Source: Proteromonas lacertae (taxonomy: Eukaryota). Taken from it: a stretch of 51,882 nucleotides of DNA. The translations under genes and the position numbers were made by a program. Position 1 is the first letter of the stretch. Each line of letters begins with the position of its first letter. This document shows, in pieces, positions 23,197 to 36,447 of this stretch. The stretch spans positions 1-51,882 of the forward strand of contig NGBS01000627.1 of the NCBI GenBank assembly GCA_002245135.1. The letters are read 5' to 3'. The notes under the pieces are model-generated. The model saw only the letters and a list, made by a program, of their open reading frames with translations, was not told where the DNA came from and ran no database searches.

Positions 23197-23394
23197 AGAA
23201 AGTCAAATTAAGGGCATATATGAGCCCAGCATAATATAACGAATTGATTGATGTATTTTTTATTGTCTAATTATGTTTCTAAGGGTAAAAAAACCATAGG
23301 TGGTTATAGCACACATAAAACTGCTATTTTTTTGATAAAAAAATCATAGAGGCTATAGCACACTGTGCTCTGGCCCTTTCTTTCATTATTATTA
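23197..23394. repeat. Putative element terminus, family 2 (copy 2)
   Basis: Diverged homolog of 1645-1847; ends GGCTATAGCACACTGTGCTCTGGCC...TTCATTATTATTA. Confidence 0.6.
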
Positions 23395-23805
23395 TACTAT
23401 TGAAAAGATAAAAGATTTATTAAATGATTTAGGAGCAGTCACTATATACCAGGATGAGTTTTAGGCTTATGCTAAAAGGCTAATGGTGCGAAGCAAATTA
23501 TGTTGGATTAGAGATCGTATAAGAATGTGGTGGGGAATCTTGAAGTTGTTCTCCTAGCCAAAAACTAACATATTATCCAATATCAATAACAATAACAATG
23601 TCAATCTCACAGATTATGACTTATCTCCAATATCACCAAGATCCATTAAGGTCTAGCTTGGTAGCACAGCATTCGAGCCTTATGGTCTGTAGCCCTTACT
23701 ATATATTATTATTATCCTACGCTAAAAACTATTCTAAACACAAAAATAAAATTTGACCCGTAAATTTATTCAAACACTAAAATATATAAAGAATTTTAAA
23801 TTCAC

Positions 23806-23899
23806 CGCTTGCTCCAGCATAACCCGTACCAAAAACTAATACACACTCAAATCGCTTATTCTTACCTGTAGAAGGCACCTAAGAATAGTCTGGTACGGT
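23806..23899. repeat. About 90-bp structured dispersed repeat (copy 1)
   Basis: Homologous to 43397-43493 and 27361-27460; stems CCGTACCA/TGGTACGG and TATTCTTA/TAAGAATA. Confidence 0.75.
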
Positions 23900-24076
23900 A
23901 ATACATATATATCATTAAACATAACATATTATTATCTTCGATCAACTTCAAAAACTAATTACTAATATTTTTGATATATTTTTAAAATTAATATATATTT
24001 ATATACAAATAATAGTATCTAATATGAACAGAGAATATCAAGTTAATACTGTGTGTCTATACTCATCGAGGAGAAA

Positions 24077-24301
24077 TATATAGTATATAAATGGGACTAT
24101 GGCACATTGTCACAGAGTCCTAACGAGTGTTCTAGGGGTCCGTCCCCTTCTAGATTCAGAGTTGACTTTTACGGGGCCATCATCGATGCAATCAATGATG
24201 GCCCCGTAAAAGTCAACTCTGAATCTAGAAGGGGACGGACCCCTAGAACACTCGTTAGGACTCTGTGACAATGTGCCAGAGTCCCATTTATATACTATAT
24301 A
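24077..24301. mobile_element. 225-bp palindromic mini-element of the TATATAG-TIR family
   Basis: Near-perfect palindrome centred at 24189; perfect 6-bp TSD GAGAAA (24071-24076, 24302-24307). Confidence 0.9.
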
Positions 24302-24680
24302 GAGAAAAGAGCAAATTTCATCCCATTGAGTACAGATAAACAGCATTAAACTAATATTGTGTTTATATAATACACATACTATAACCAACTATATATCCCT
24401 TCATAACTGATTATGAGTAACAACATTATGTAGTTATATTGTTTGTAAAGTCTCTAATCGCTCAACGGGGAGTTGTACTCAACGAGGAACAACATTAGTA
24501 ATATTGATCAAATAATATAACCAAATATCTGATTTACAATATTTTTAATTTCTTTATAATAAATCTTTGTTGTTTTTGTTTTCTTTTTGTTTTACAAATA
24601 AATATAATGCAACATCTAACTATTAAACATATATTTCTATATACTCTACTTCTACATATGTTAGAAATGTGATTTGAAAG

Positions 24681-25710
24681 CAGGATTGTATAAATAGGTA
24701 ACCTATAGATTTTAGGTAAAACCTATAATCTAGCTTTGACCGTTGGTCGGTCAAACCTTGAGCATTATTTTGTTAAAATCTATTTTAATAACTTACTGAG
24801 TAACATTTGCTTTATACAAACTACCATACTATATAAAATATTATTCCTGCTTCTTGTTTTACTTTAATTACCATAGTTAGAATAAGATTGGTTGAAATTG
24901 TATAAATATCTATTCTGATATATTAAAATTCATCTACAAACTACTCAATAGTGATATTTAACATATCTATAAACAACTTGTTATTTTGATGATTAATTTA
25001 TATTGATTACTATCTCTAAAAAACAAATATAAATGTAATTATAATAATAAATCTCTATTTCTGGATATTAATGATTTGTCTTCAATAAGTCTCTTACTTT
25101 CTCAGTTTCTGAAAATAAATAATCATTATAAAACTCTCTTAGAGTTATACTATATCCTAGTTTGAAGCAAAACCTTCTAATTCTGGTGAATTTACATAGA
25201 TCTTTGTTGACAGAATCTGAATTGACTTTGGCTTTTACCATATGTAATAATCTGAATATTTTATTTTAATCACGTTTTCCAAAATATTTTAAAGTAGTTA
25301 ATATTTTTATGAAACATTTTATAATTGAATAAATCCATAACTTCTTTCGATGCGAAAGGAGGTAATGTGATATCCCTATAGTTTCATATATTATAAAGTA
25401 TTATAAATATTGAGTAATTACACATTTAAATGATATAAATAGTCAAACCATCAAGCTTGATGTTTTTTCTTTTATTTTTTTTATTCTATAATTAATTTAA
25501 TATTATGTTAATAATATGTTATTGTGAGTCATCATTGAGAAATAGATCAAAATAATAGTTATATAAAAAGTGCATCGACGGACAATCAAATTTGATATTT
25601 GAAAGATGATGTATAAAGCTTTAATTTTGTATATATGGTTAGATAATATGCTTGTTAACTCATTTTCAATAGGAGTTCAACTTATAGTTAGTATAAGGAA
25701 GGTAAAAGGT
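24681..25710. mobile_element. Inverted, one-end-truncated copy of the hAT element at 6259-7345
   Basis: Starts CAGGATTGTATAAATAGGTAACC, the reverse complement of the 7345 end; high identity over about 1 kb. Confidence 0.85.
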
Positions 25711-25837
25711 AAACATATATTTTCTGATGAAATCTAGTTTTTTCTCAACAACTTGAAAGTTATATGAAACAATAATTTACTAATCTATTAGTCATATTAT
25801 AATAAAGAAGTTATTATTATTATTTTCATTAATTGAT

Positions 25838-27160
25838 ATAAAATTTAAATCTAATTCTGTCATTTGTTATATATGCAGCTTAATTTCTTTTTATAAAGTA
25901 GATGTTTGATATTTAGTCATATATAATTAAATTTATAATGTCATGATATCTCTAAACAACATTAATCACTGAAATCTTTTTATGAAAATTCCATGAAAAA
26001 CTTTGAAAATTCCAAATAAACGTTAAAGAGAGAAGTCATTATCGTTATTTGGAATTAGAAAGAAAAGGTTTTAGATCAGCTCCAAAAAGAGGCAGAAAGC
26101 CTTTATTAAATGCTGCAACTAAGGCTTAAATCATCCATTGGAACTATAAACCACTATTTAAGATCCATCAAATACTATATCATAAAAAGGAGCAAAAATC
26201 TTCCCTAATCTCCAACAAAAATAAAAAAAGATTTCAATTTTGTATTCAAAATTATAATTTCAATTTCGAAAACTTAATCTGTGTTGATGAATGTCATTTC
26301 ATCAATATACCTCTTTCCAGAAAATATTACTAGTCAAAGATGAAACAGTCTAAGATATAGAAAAAAGTATAAATTAATGTTTTACAAAGGGAGGTTAAAC
26401 TCTCAAAAATATAGAGATATAATCTTGAAATATTTAAAAGATATTAAAACATATGAAAAGGAAAATTTCTGGATACAGCAAGATAATGCGCCCTTGTTAC
26501 ATGGGGGAAAATAACATTCAATTTTTTAATAATTTAGGAATGAATTTCATAAAACACCGCCCTGCTTCTCCTGATCTGAATTCGATTGAGAATGTTTGTG
26601 GGGTGATAAAAAGAAATGTACTAACACATACATGTAGCAACGAAGAATCATTAATAAATAAAGAAAATAAATTCAGATCTCTCCAAAAAAATGGAAAAAG
26701 AGATTATCATTTTTTATAATTTGTGTTATGTTATGTTTGTTTGTAAAACAAAAAGAAAACAAATACAACATAAAAAAATTAAAAATATATTGACATTTAT
26801 TTGTAACATAGTGTATATTTTTGTTGAGGCACTTAAAAGTTCCTTTTTACCTCTCTTTAACAATGATTTCATACCATTCTTCATCTTTTCCATATACCTG
26901 TTATATATACTCAAAGAAATATCAAGTTTTTTAATAATTGTAGATTTATAAACCTTTTTTTCTTTCAATTTTAGGAATTTTTGATAATTATTCATCGAAG
27001 ATTGTAAATATGATTTCTTTTTATAATAAATCCTACATTTCATTAAATATAAAATAGATAGTTCCATAGTATTTTTCCCTATATTTCTTTTATATCATAC
27101 ATTTTTAATTAACATACTTCCAAAATGACTGAATTAGATTTTGAATTTATGACCTCTGTG
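25838..27160 (+). mobile_element. Degenerate Tc1/IS630-like transposon
   Basis: Remnant motifs LICVDECHF (about 26275), QQDNAP (about 26476) and PASPDLNSIENV (ORF 26453-26719); degenerate inverted repeat AATCTAATTC.GTCATTT at about 25848 and 27123. Boundaries approximate. Confidence 0.75.
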
Positions 27161-27360
27161 TTCTAAACTAAATAATTCATATATGTAATAGTTTCTTTGA
27201 AATGTTTCTAAATGTTAGGGTTATATGCTAAAAAGAAATATATAGCAGATGTAGCTTATATGCTAAATTAAGATTATATTTGAATATAACTCACTACCAA
27301 ACCCTCTACTGTCGAATTTATACGGTAGATTTATGGAACGTGTTGAAAGGAGAAGTAACA

Positions 27361-27460
27361 TTACTTTCTTGCTTACTTTATTATAAAGGTACCAAAATCT
27401 ACTTTCTCTCATAAATCGCTTATTCTTATCCTTAGAAGCGCCTAAAAATAGTCTGATATT
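27361..27460. repeat. About 90-bp structured dispersed repeat (diverged copy 2)
   Basis: GTACCAAAA...AAATCGCTTATTCTTATCC...CCTAA.AATAGTCTG shared with the other copies. Confidence 0.65.
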
Positions 27461-27575
27461 GGATGAATATATTATATATTATATATACTCCATACTATTA
27501 TTTTAATATTTGCTATTATTTTAATCATTAACTATAATTATATATTCTTTTTGCATAATTATATAGATATAAACT

Positions 27576-28310
27576 ATGGTTTAATATTTAATCATTTATG
27601 GTCATGTAATATTTTAATGACATATAATTATACATTTAAAAGTCAATCATATGAAGATAAAATTATGTATGTAAATACCCATCTCCATACCTTAATGGAA
27701 TATTTATTGAAATAGGAGCATTAGATGGAATAAAATATAGCAATTCATACTTTTTTGAGAAAAGTTTGGGATGGAAAGGATTGTTAGTTGAAGGATCAAC
27801 ATCAAACTGCAAAAAATTAAAACATAATCATTATATTAGAAATAGATCGGAAATTATATGTGCAGCTATATGTGATGGTGAATCAACTATATTTATTGAA
27901 AGTGATGCTATTGGTGGCATTGAAAATGAATTGCCATATAGATCTTGGGCTAACTTTTCATTATCCAAAAGAACAATAAAAAAATGTATAAAATTAAATA
28001 AAATAATAAGATATTATGGAATTACTCATATTGATATATTCTATTTAGATGTAGAAGGTAGTGAATTAGCAGCTATAAAATACTTTGATTTCAATATTAC
28101 AGTGAATTATTGGATTATTGAATTTAACAATAAATCAATGAATGAGCAAAATACTATTGAAAGAATTCTATATATAATAATGGATATGAAGAATGTAAAA
28201 TTGAAGTTGGAAAAATAATAGGGTGTTATGAAAATAAAAAATACAAAAATGTTGTTAATAATTATAAAATGCATGAATCTAAATACATAAATGTAGACGG
28301 AGAAGATTGT
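27576..28310 (+). pseudogene. FkbM-family (Methyltransf_21) methyltransferase, frameshifted
   Basis: KSQSYED, then FIEIGALDGIKYSNSYFFEKSLGWKGLLVEG and IDIFYLDVEGSE; frameshifts near both ends may be sequencing errors. Confidence 0.8.
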
Positions 28311-29010
28311 TAATATTTTTGCCTTTATTCTGAATTTAACTATTTTATTTTTTCCATTTATTCTTTGATAAAATTTACTGCATGAAATTTATTATATTAA
28401 GATTCATTGATTAAATGAACACACACTTTTCTTTATGTACACAATTACTAAATAATTTGCTCTGCTTTGTATATACATTTCTAATAAACATTCAATTGAA
28501 TCATTATTCAATAATTTATAATACCAATTATTTGAATGCATGATTTTAATTGTTAATATAATATTTCTAACCATAATTAATTTCTTATGTGATATATTAG
28601 TTATTTTAAATGAATGGATGAAAGAATAACATATCTTATGTGGTACTTTTCAATATACTCCACAATAGTTTTGTTAAAGTATGATAAAAAACTAAAATTG
28701 GTAAAATATGTCATTATATAGTTTTTAACATAATTAACTATTATAATGCAATTATATGTCATTTTACTTTTTATTTTATTATTAATTTTGTTAAAGTTTA
28801 TCATATTTTTTAATGATGATATATTATTAAATGATTATTTAACAAAATCATTTCTTACAAAATATAACATAACAAAAAACTCATGGTGTGCTATAGCAAA
28901 GGAATCATTTATAATGCTATTTTTTATGTGCTTAGAAAAGGTGCCAAACATTAGTATATTTCTTTATATCTTTAGATTGCTATATTAAAGATAGTAATCA
29001 GCTTACTGTA

Positions 29011-29733
29011 TTGTATATAATTAGATCAAACACAATCATAGATTTAAAATTAAACAATTATTTCAATTATAACAAATGCAAAAAATTAAATAGAATTAAA
29101 ACTATACCTGAAATTACTCCATACAATTCAAATAAAAAGAAAATACAAGTAAGAAGAAAAATAATTGATAATATTAATAATAATATTGAAAATAATCTCG
29201 TAGTAGGAAGTGGTCATTCATTAGGATTCAATGATGAAACTTTTCCAGGATATATATCTACAGATCAAGATGAATTAGATTTAACTAATAGATTTGAAAT
29301 ATCTCAGTATATCCCAAAGGAATCAATAACTAATATAATAGCTAATCATGTTTTGGAGCATATATTTTATAATAATATATTAGTTGTTTTAAGAAATATA
29401 CATTTCATGCAAAAAATAAATGGATATTTAATAGCATGTGTTCCAGATATAAACTCATACACAAGTGTTTTATATAAAAATAAGGAAGAGTCTATAACAT
29501 TTCAACCATTAGCATCTCATTATATATTCTTTTCATATGAATCATTAGAATATCTATTAAGCAATATGGGCTATTCTGTATCTCCTATATATTATCACAG
29601 ATATGATAAGCATTATTATGGAGATAATGAAACATTTGAAATACTGAAATCAATTAATCTTAAAAAATATATAGAGAGAAGTATAAAATCAGCTGGTTAT
29701 GAAGTATGTGTTTTATGTAAAAAAAATAATTAA
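29011..29733 (+). CDS. Class I SAM-dependent methyltransferase (ORF 28746-28988 is probably its shifted membrane-anchor N-terminus)
   Basis: LVVGSG, GYISTD, IIANHVLEHI, NGYLIACVPD. Confidence 0.7.
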   Translation: MYIIRSNTIIDLKLNNYFNYNKCKKLNRIKTIPEITPYNSNKKKIQVRRKIIDNINNNIENNLVVGSGHSLGFNDETFPGYISTDQDELDLTNRFEISQYIPKESITNIIANHVLEHIFYNNILVVLRNIHFMQKINGYLIACVPDINSYTSVLYKNKEESITFQPLASHYIFFSYESLEYLLSNMGYSVSPIYYHRYDKHYYGDNETFEILKSINLKKYIERSIKSAGYEVCVLCKKNN

Positions 29734-30844
29734 TTTCAATAATTGTTATATTTCCAATATAGTTTTGTAAAATTAAGTATTTTTACTTTTATTTGAGAAT
29801 ATTTAAGGTACACCTTGTTATCGTAGTTGATGTGTTCGTATCGTTCCTTTGCCGAGAGGACGAAGAAATCCTATCGATCGAGTAGTAGCTGATACACGTA
29901 GGTTGTGCAAAACCTCTCAGCAATGTTCAAGACTTAATCTCGACTTTGACGATAAACTCTTACAATGCATAAAGAACTGACAGACGGCATAGTCCACTGT
30001 GATCTTCTACCTCGAGGTTGCTAAGGGAACATCTTTTTCTCGGTAGTTCTATATCTTGTAGGAGATCTCGTCGAAGTCAAGGACGATTATAGTCTTGACT
30101 ATAGCGATAGAGATCTCCTGGTTGTAGCAATACGAATGGGGCGATTTCCGAGAATTGATTGTAAGCCATTGACGAATTGCGGGCTGTTGATTATTCTCGG
30201 AAGTTGATTCACCGATAAGTATACAGAGCTGGATCATGATTGGAATCGTAGGAATAGTAACACTGCCGTGAATTATATAGTATATATATGAGATTTTGGC
30301 TTATGTCATAGTGTTCTAGCTAGTGTTCTAGAGGTAAAGGTTAGGGTTAGGGTTAGGAGACCTACACCTAGAAAACTCGTTAGGACACTGTGACATTGGG
30401 CCAAAGTCCCATATATATACTATATAGGGAATGTCGATTCACAACTCACCTCGGAATTGTTAACACTTCGAAACTTCTCCTGGCGGGAGTTACAAATTTA
30501 ATAAATCATGCATTTCCCTGGATCTTATCGAGTAATGGATTTTGACTTTGAACGCTTTGTGCATATCGCTAAAAGGAGTTGCCGATTATAGACGAACAGC
30601 TTTCGAGAGTTCTTCTGCAATGGTGAAGTGCTAGTAAGCGTCCTTGGAATCCTCCTTGTTTTGAACGTCCAGATTTTCATTGAAGATCATCCGGTTATTG
30701 AGATAGCTGTTGTTGTAGACTGATCCGAAGTCTCAACCTTCATCTTCCCATACTTCATCTATCATTGAGTTACAACAACATGAAGTGTGTTTACTTCTCC
30801 TTGTAAGAAATCCAAAATACTTATTATCACTCACGTAAAGGTAA
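29351..30844. repeat. 1.5-kb inverted segmental duplication, copy B
   Basis: Reverse complement of 12976-14469. Confidence 0.9.
30274..30426. mobile_element. 153-bp mini-element carried within the duplication
   Basis: Reverse complement of 13394-13546 with the same flanks. Confidence 0.8.
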
Positions 30845-31191
30845 TAATCTTATGTTCATCTGCTAAGTTACGTAATACCGTGAAGTCATCGACCAGCTCC
30901 AATGCCTCCTCCAAGAAGACAAACAGCCAAATGACAAACTGCACAAAACAGCATCTCCTACTATTGCTAGCATCACACTTTTACGGAGCTCTAGAAAGGA
31001 TCTGGCTAGTTTTGAATTTCTCAAGGATCCTTGCAGATCATGATAAGCAAACTAGGGAGCCTTCTAACGATGAGAAGCAACAAGAAGAATAGCTCTGGAA
31101 AAGTATCAAGACAGTTGCTTATTATTCTCGGAGTGATGATATGGAGAAGTATCAAACCCTAACCAAAACGCTGTAATACATATATTATCAT

Positions 31192-33074
31192 TTAATACTT
31201 TAAAGGTTTTCTTTTGTTTTTATTGCAATATGAGAAACTACTTTTGCTAAAATCTCTTCTACACCATATATTAGTTTTACATAATAAGTCAGATGGATGA
31301 TTGACTTTTTCTAATTCAAATCCTCTTTCATAAAATACCTCTTTTAGAAAATATGTGAAATTTAAATTTAAATGATTGTTATCCTTATATATTGGATATC
31401 CTCTATGTATAAAAGGACATTTCCTATCATTGCATAAATGATCATTTAAATTGATGTATTTCAACCTTTTGTTATTTAAAACAGGAAAGCTTTCTAAAGA
31501 TGCATTTACTTTTAAAATACCATAACAGCCGAGCTTGTTTATATTTTGTATTAAACAGTTATTAGGATCATATGAATAATGGGGAGTATCTTGAATTATA
31601 AAAATATAATTAAACGCTTTTAATAATTCATAAATATATCTTTGAAATGGTTTAGATACATCATGCATCAAAAAATTAGACACAGCTGCATATCTTTTAT
31701 TGTTAAATTTATTTAATATTCCAAATAACCAATCATATTTTTCAGACTCTATATATACCATATTACAATATAATTGTAACAGCGTGTATCCCATATTATT
31801 AGTATATGGATTAATTAGATAGAGCCATTGCTCTAAATGAGAATCTCCTATCATAAAGAAAATATTTTTCGAAAAATACTATCTAAAATGTGTTCTTCAT
31901 TGTGATCATTTCTATTCTTTAAAAACGGACACCAGCACATTTTATAATATAAGTTACAATTCCAATTATATTTAACATCAGCTGGAGATTGAGCTATGTA
32001 TGAACTATTATTACTATTATATTTGTCAAGAAAATAAGATATCTTGTTTTTGAATATACTTTTGGATTTTATTAGTATAATAAAGAAAGTGAAAGCTAAA
32101 ATACATGATGTAATTGATATAATTCTTCTATTTTTAGAGTATCTTAAAGGTTTTTCAAACATATATGTGGTACAAATGGATAAAATCAATGTAGTAATGA
32201 ATACTATTAATAATGATTTTATACTGTTATTTAAAGTGTGATTTATTACAGGATAATGAATTAAATAAAATGAATATGATATTGTTCCTAAAAAATTAAA
32301 TATTATAGAATTTAATAAACCATTTTGAGCATCTCTGGATAGTATTATATAAGATATTAATGGCTCAACAATAAAAAGAAATGGAAGAGGAAAAGAGATT
32401 GAAATCCATATCCTATTTAAAATAGATATCAGTATTAGTAATGCTATAAGAATGTTAGTATTAATATTAAATACAAGTAAATTTTGATATGATAATATTG
32501 AACCTAACATAAACTCATTAAATCTTGAAGATAATGAATAATAAGCGTAGTTACTATGATTTATACTTTCATATAAGCATAATAATATTAATAGTATATA
32601 CAATGTAAAACAAATCTTTTTATAGTAAACCACATACATGAATAATGGATAAATTATATAGAATTGATTTTCAACTGACAATGACCAGAAATGAATTACA
32701 TTTGATGGTGAATTAAACGACTGAAAGTAATCTAATGCAATGTGATAAAAATGATAGTTTGAATAGCCTAATAAGCAGCTTATAATATTATTTACTTCGT
32801 TTTCATAACTAATAATTCTCTTTGAAGAAAGTTTGACATATAAAACAAAAAGACATAACAGTTGAAGTGGATATAGTCTTATTATTCTTTTTGTATAGAA
32901 TTCGTTCCATGAGATATTCTTTTTATTTGTAGAAGTAATGACAAATCCTGATAATATAAAGAAAATATCAACTCCAATATATCCATTTGATAAGATTTTA
33001 TTGTTAAAATGATAAACATAAACTAATAGCATAGCTATTCCCCTTAAACAATCTAAATCATATCTATAATCCAT
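31192..33074 (-). CDS. OafA-like O-acetyltransferase: acyltransferase-3 plus SGNH domain, one frameshift near 31860-31880
   Basis: DLDCLRGIA, GYIGVDIFFILSGF, KRIIRLYP, HFWSLSVENQFY and LGTISYSFYLIHYP; then KNIFFMIGDSH and YKDNNHL (DxxH) in the shifted frame. Confidence 0.85.
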
Positions 33075-33149
33075 AATGTTAATATATAATATAAAATTAA
33101 AAATAATAAATCCTTGAAATTAACCTATTGTATTTGCTACTTATAGAAG

Positions 33150-34745
33150 TAATACAAGATCCTATTGACTATTAAAACCAATTTTGGTTAAGCAAAAGTA
33201 ACATTCCGAGAACTCCACCAATACTACTTCTGATAATCCATCCCTTGACAACACAAGGACAATAATGGACGTGTTTATAAATAACAGTAGTCAAGAGATA
33301 CTAAGGTTGATCAAGGATAATAAGGATTAGATCCTTGATGAAACAATTACAGTTACTTGTGACACTCTACAGGTAGAAAAATAAGCCTTGTGAGTCCGTG
33401 ATATCGTTAGAAAAATAAGCTACTCCCGACCTGATTGATAAGCATCTGCTTGTGACATCCAACACATCGGGACTTATAATTAGGTTGCGAGTCTGAAGAC
33501 ATTTCAATAAGGTGAGTATTTGAACTCCTAGGAAATTGTGAATTGACTTCTCCTGGTGATTCTAACGATTCAGCTTCAACTAAACGACATCCATACGATC
33601 AACACTCGTACTAGGTACTACTACGGAACTTTGAATTCAAGATTGATAGGTACAACCACAGTGTCAGCTACATGCTCCAGTACCTTCTTTATCTCCGTGT
33701 TGATTACAATCGGAAGCCACTCCTGATAAGCCTTAGAGATTCGCAAGTATCTCTCGGTGTGAAACTTAAACTCCAAGAGCCTTCTGACATTGTTGTTGAT
33801 GATGGTGTCCTGTACTGTGTTCATCTTATGATTTTCGACATTCCGGGGATCATCCTTCAATGTTGAAGACTCTGTGGGTAATGGATCATAGAGATAGAGT
33901 ACTTGAATTACCTTGAGCTGTGTGTTGAATACTTCCTTGACTATACCTAGATAGTAATCTATCTTTTGTGAGTCCTCTTATGAGTGCTCTCGGGAGTTCT
34001 CAGGATGCTTATCAATGTTAGTGATAGCTGCTAAGTCTTCTCGGTACTTGGGAATATCAGTCTGGTAACATTAACCAGGTTGGGATGAAGTTCACAGTAG
34101 TCCAACACTTCCTTGATAAGATGAAGCCACGTTTCATAATAGAATTGCAACACCCTGTAAAGTCCATAGCAGAAGAACCTTGATTGAGTGAATGGAATAA
34201 GCGCCTCTTCATCGTCCTCTCCATGAAGCTAAACAGATTGTAAGGAGTAACTTTGATCCCTTGCTGATCTTCTGGTCTTACAGTGTCAATTACCAGATTA
34301 CTGTCATTGTCAAACACATTAGCAGCAACCAAGAAGCTATTCACCAGCTTACGTTCTTCCAAGTCAATATAAGGACGCTCCAGCTTATACTTTACCTTGC
34401 CATTGTTCTGATAGACTTTAAAGTACTCCAATTGTGGGATAGCCGATAGATCGATAGGCTTTCTCCTTTGCTTCTTATTGAAACGACTATAGTATGGTTG
34501 GAATTGATCGCAGGCTCTCTTGGACTTCTAAGTAAACCTTTAAATCCAATTGAAGAGTCTCTAGCTGTGGTAAGTCTCGGTAGTGCCCAGTGGTTCTGAA
34601 CTGAAGGATAGTGAAGTCAACTATGTCCTTGTAATCCTCCACAGCTTCTCTAACGTAGGTGAACATCCTTACTTTGTCCTTCCAGTGCTGATCATAGATC
34701 TCTTGAGTAAAAATATTTTCTAACTTAGAAGTATTTTTACTCACA
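33150..34745. mobile_element. GC-richer degenerate element fragment with broken minus-strand ORFs
   Basis: About 33240-33380 translates to DNTRTIMDVFINNSSQEILRLIKDN...ITVTCD, similar to DKTRDIINQLMQHSIHEILKTIKDN...ISFPCD in 38332-38961. Confidence 0.55.
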
Positions 34746-34823
34746 AATATCTACCACATTCTTATAAATTATTCATCACATTTTTAACTATATACTAAAA
34801 ATCACTAAGCAAAACTCACATTA

Positions 34824-35639
34824 TTGGAATGGATAATTATGCTAAAATTTCATCACCTAATAATTTTATTTTTAATCTTTATTTATTATATCAATTATCT
34901 CTTCTTATCATTTATATGTAATTATCCTAACAGTAATATTGAATTTGAGATTATTAATGAAAATGATGATTACAATTTATACAGAAGGCTGTATAGAGAA
35001 TCAATTTATTCACAATTCCCTAATATGTCAATCATTATTAGCATCATAAAAACTATTTTTGAGAATAATAGTAAACTAAACATAAAAATAGATATTATAA
35101 GGTTATATTCTATTGCTTATAGAAGGACACTTTCTAATCAAATATGTGGAGACATTAGCGAAAGTCCTAGTCAACTATATACTTATTATACATACAGTAA
35201 AAATTTGAATATACAAAAAGCGCATGTATGTGAGATTGGATTTTTGTTTGGAGTTAGTAGTTTAACTTTTTTTCTAGCTACTAGTGTATATTCTAAATAT
35301 TATGGTTTTGATTATGGTCATCCTCAATCAAAGTATATTTATGATTTGTTAAAAGAGAATTTTTTTATGCAAATGAAGTGGGGTAAATCACAGGATACAG
35401 TTCCATTATTTAATCTCTCTATAAAATGCGATATAATTCATATAGATGGAAGTCATATACCTAATTTAATATACAAAGATATTGTAAATATGAAAAGATT
35501 CTCATATAATAATTCTTTATTAATAGTAGATGATATTACTTCTAATAATTTTGCTTGGAAAAGGTCTGTAAATGAAAGACTAATAAGAGAAATATATTGT
35601 TCAAAATATAAATCATTTTGCATAGGAAATTATTTATAG
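34824..35639 (+). CDS. Class I SAM methyltransferase (Methyltransf_24-like)
   Basis: CEIGFLFGVSS, GKSQDTVP, CDIIHIDGSH and LIVDD motifs; N-terminal TM. Confidence 0.8.
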   Translation: MEWIIMLKFHHLIILFLIFIYYINYLFLSFICNYPNSNIEFEIINENDDYNLYRRLYRESIYSQFPNMSIIISIIKTIFENNSKLNIKIDIIRLYSIAYRRTLSNQICGDISESPSQLYTYYTYSKNLNIQKAHVCEIGFLFGVSSLTFFLATSVYSKYYGFDYGHPQSKYIYDLLKENFFMQMKWGKSQDTVPLFNLSIKCDIIHIDGSHIPNLIYKDIVNMKRFSYNNSLLIVDDITSNNFAWKRSVNERLIREIYCSKYKSFCIGNYL

Positions 35640-35774
35640 ATATATTGCTATACGAAAGGAATTGTTCATTTAAGCATAGTTGAATAATGTGTATATGCAT
35701 AGAAATATAAAAATGAAATTTAAACCAAAGTTAATTAATTATACAGGTAGGTGATGTAGTTAGATCTACTGTAG

Positions 35775-36280
35775 CTACCCTGGGATAGAACTTGTAGATG
35801 TTTCTACTTTAGCAATCTCTACCTTTGGTCGACCCTCGGCGGTAGAACTATTCTCTACTTTACGCTTCTTATCTTCTCCGCTATTATCACTTCCTTTCTT
35901 TACTTCTTCATATCTTCTCTTCTTCTTATTTCTACACTCTCTACAAGGTTTATATAATACACCTTCACTCTTATAACCAAATTCATCATTTGTTTTCTTC
36001 TTACCACAAGTACTACACACTGTGTATCTGGATCTGGCTTTGTTATATCCTTTCTCTTTCTTGGTTTAGATTCACTCTGTTCTTTCTTCTCTTCTTCCAT
36101 TGTTATATCAATATCATCACCTGGTTGTTCACTCCATTCTGGATCATCTTCATACTCTTCAATCACAGAATACATACCATCCAAGACATCCTTAAATACT
36201 TTAATAATTAATGATTTTGCATCAGGCATTTCATCTTGTTTTTCAATACTAGCATCGAGTTCGTTTTGTATATCACTCAT
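35775..36280 (-). pseudogene. Acidic protein with a CxxC...CxxC zinc ribbon, frameshifted
   Basis: ORF 35900-36280 (acidic N-terminus) overlaps ORF 35775-36020 (CSTCGKKKTNDEF...YKPCRECR). Confidence 0.55.
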
Positions 36281-36447
36281 TTTATTTTATATAGATTATT
36301 TCAAAAATCACAGGAAATTTATGAATGAAAAGAATTATGTTATTATGTTTATTTCTATTCAGCCAATCAAAAAACAAAATTTAATTAAAACCAATGATTT
36401 AAGAATTAGTTATGAAATCTTAGTCTTTCTTCAATGATGTTCTTTTC

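Noticed and set aside
24053..24388. Two overlapping ORFs with almost the same protein on opposite strands
   Set aside because: By-product of the 225-bp palindrome.
26691..27067. Short ORFs in the Tc1 relic
   Set aside because: Low-complexity frames with no motifs.
5272..35639. Host-wide alternative genetic code
   Set aside because: Many long AT-rich genes are open in the standard code and end at TAA, TAG or TGA.
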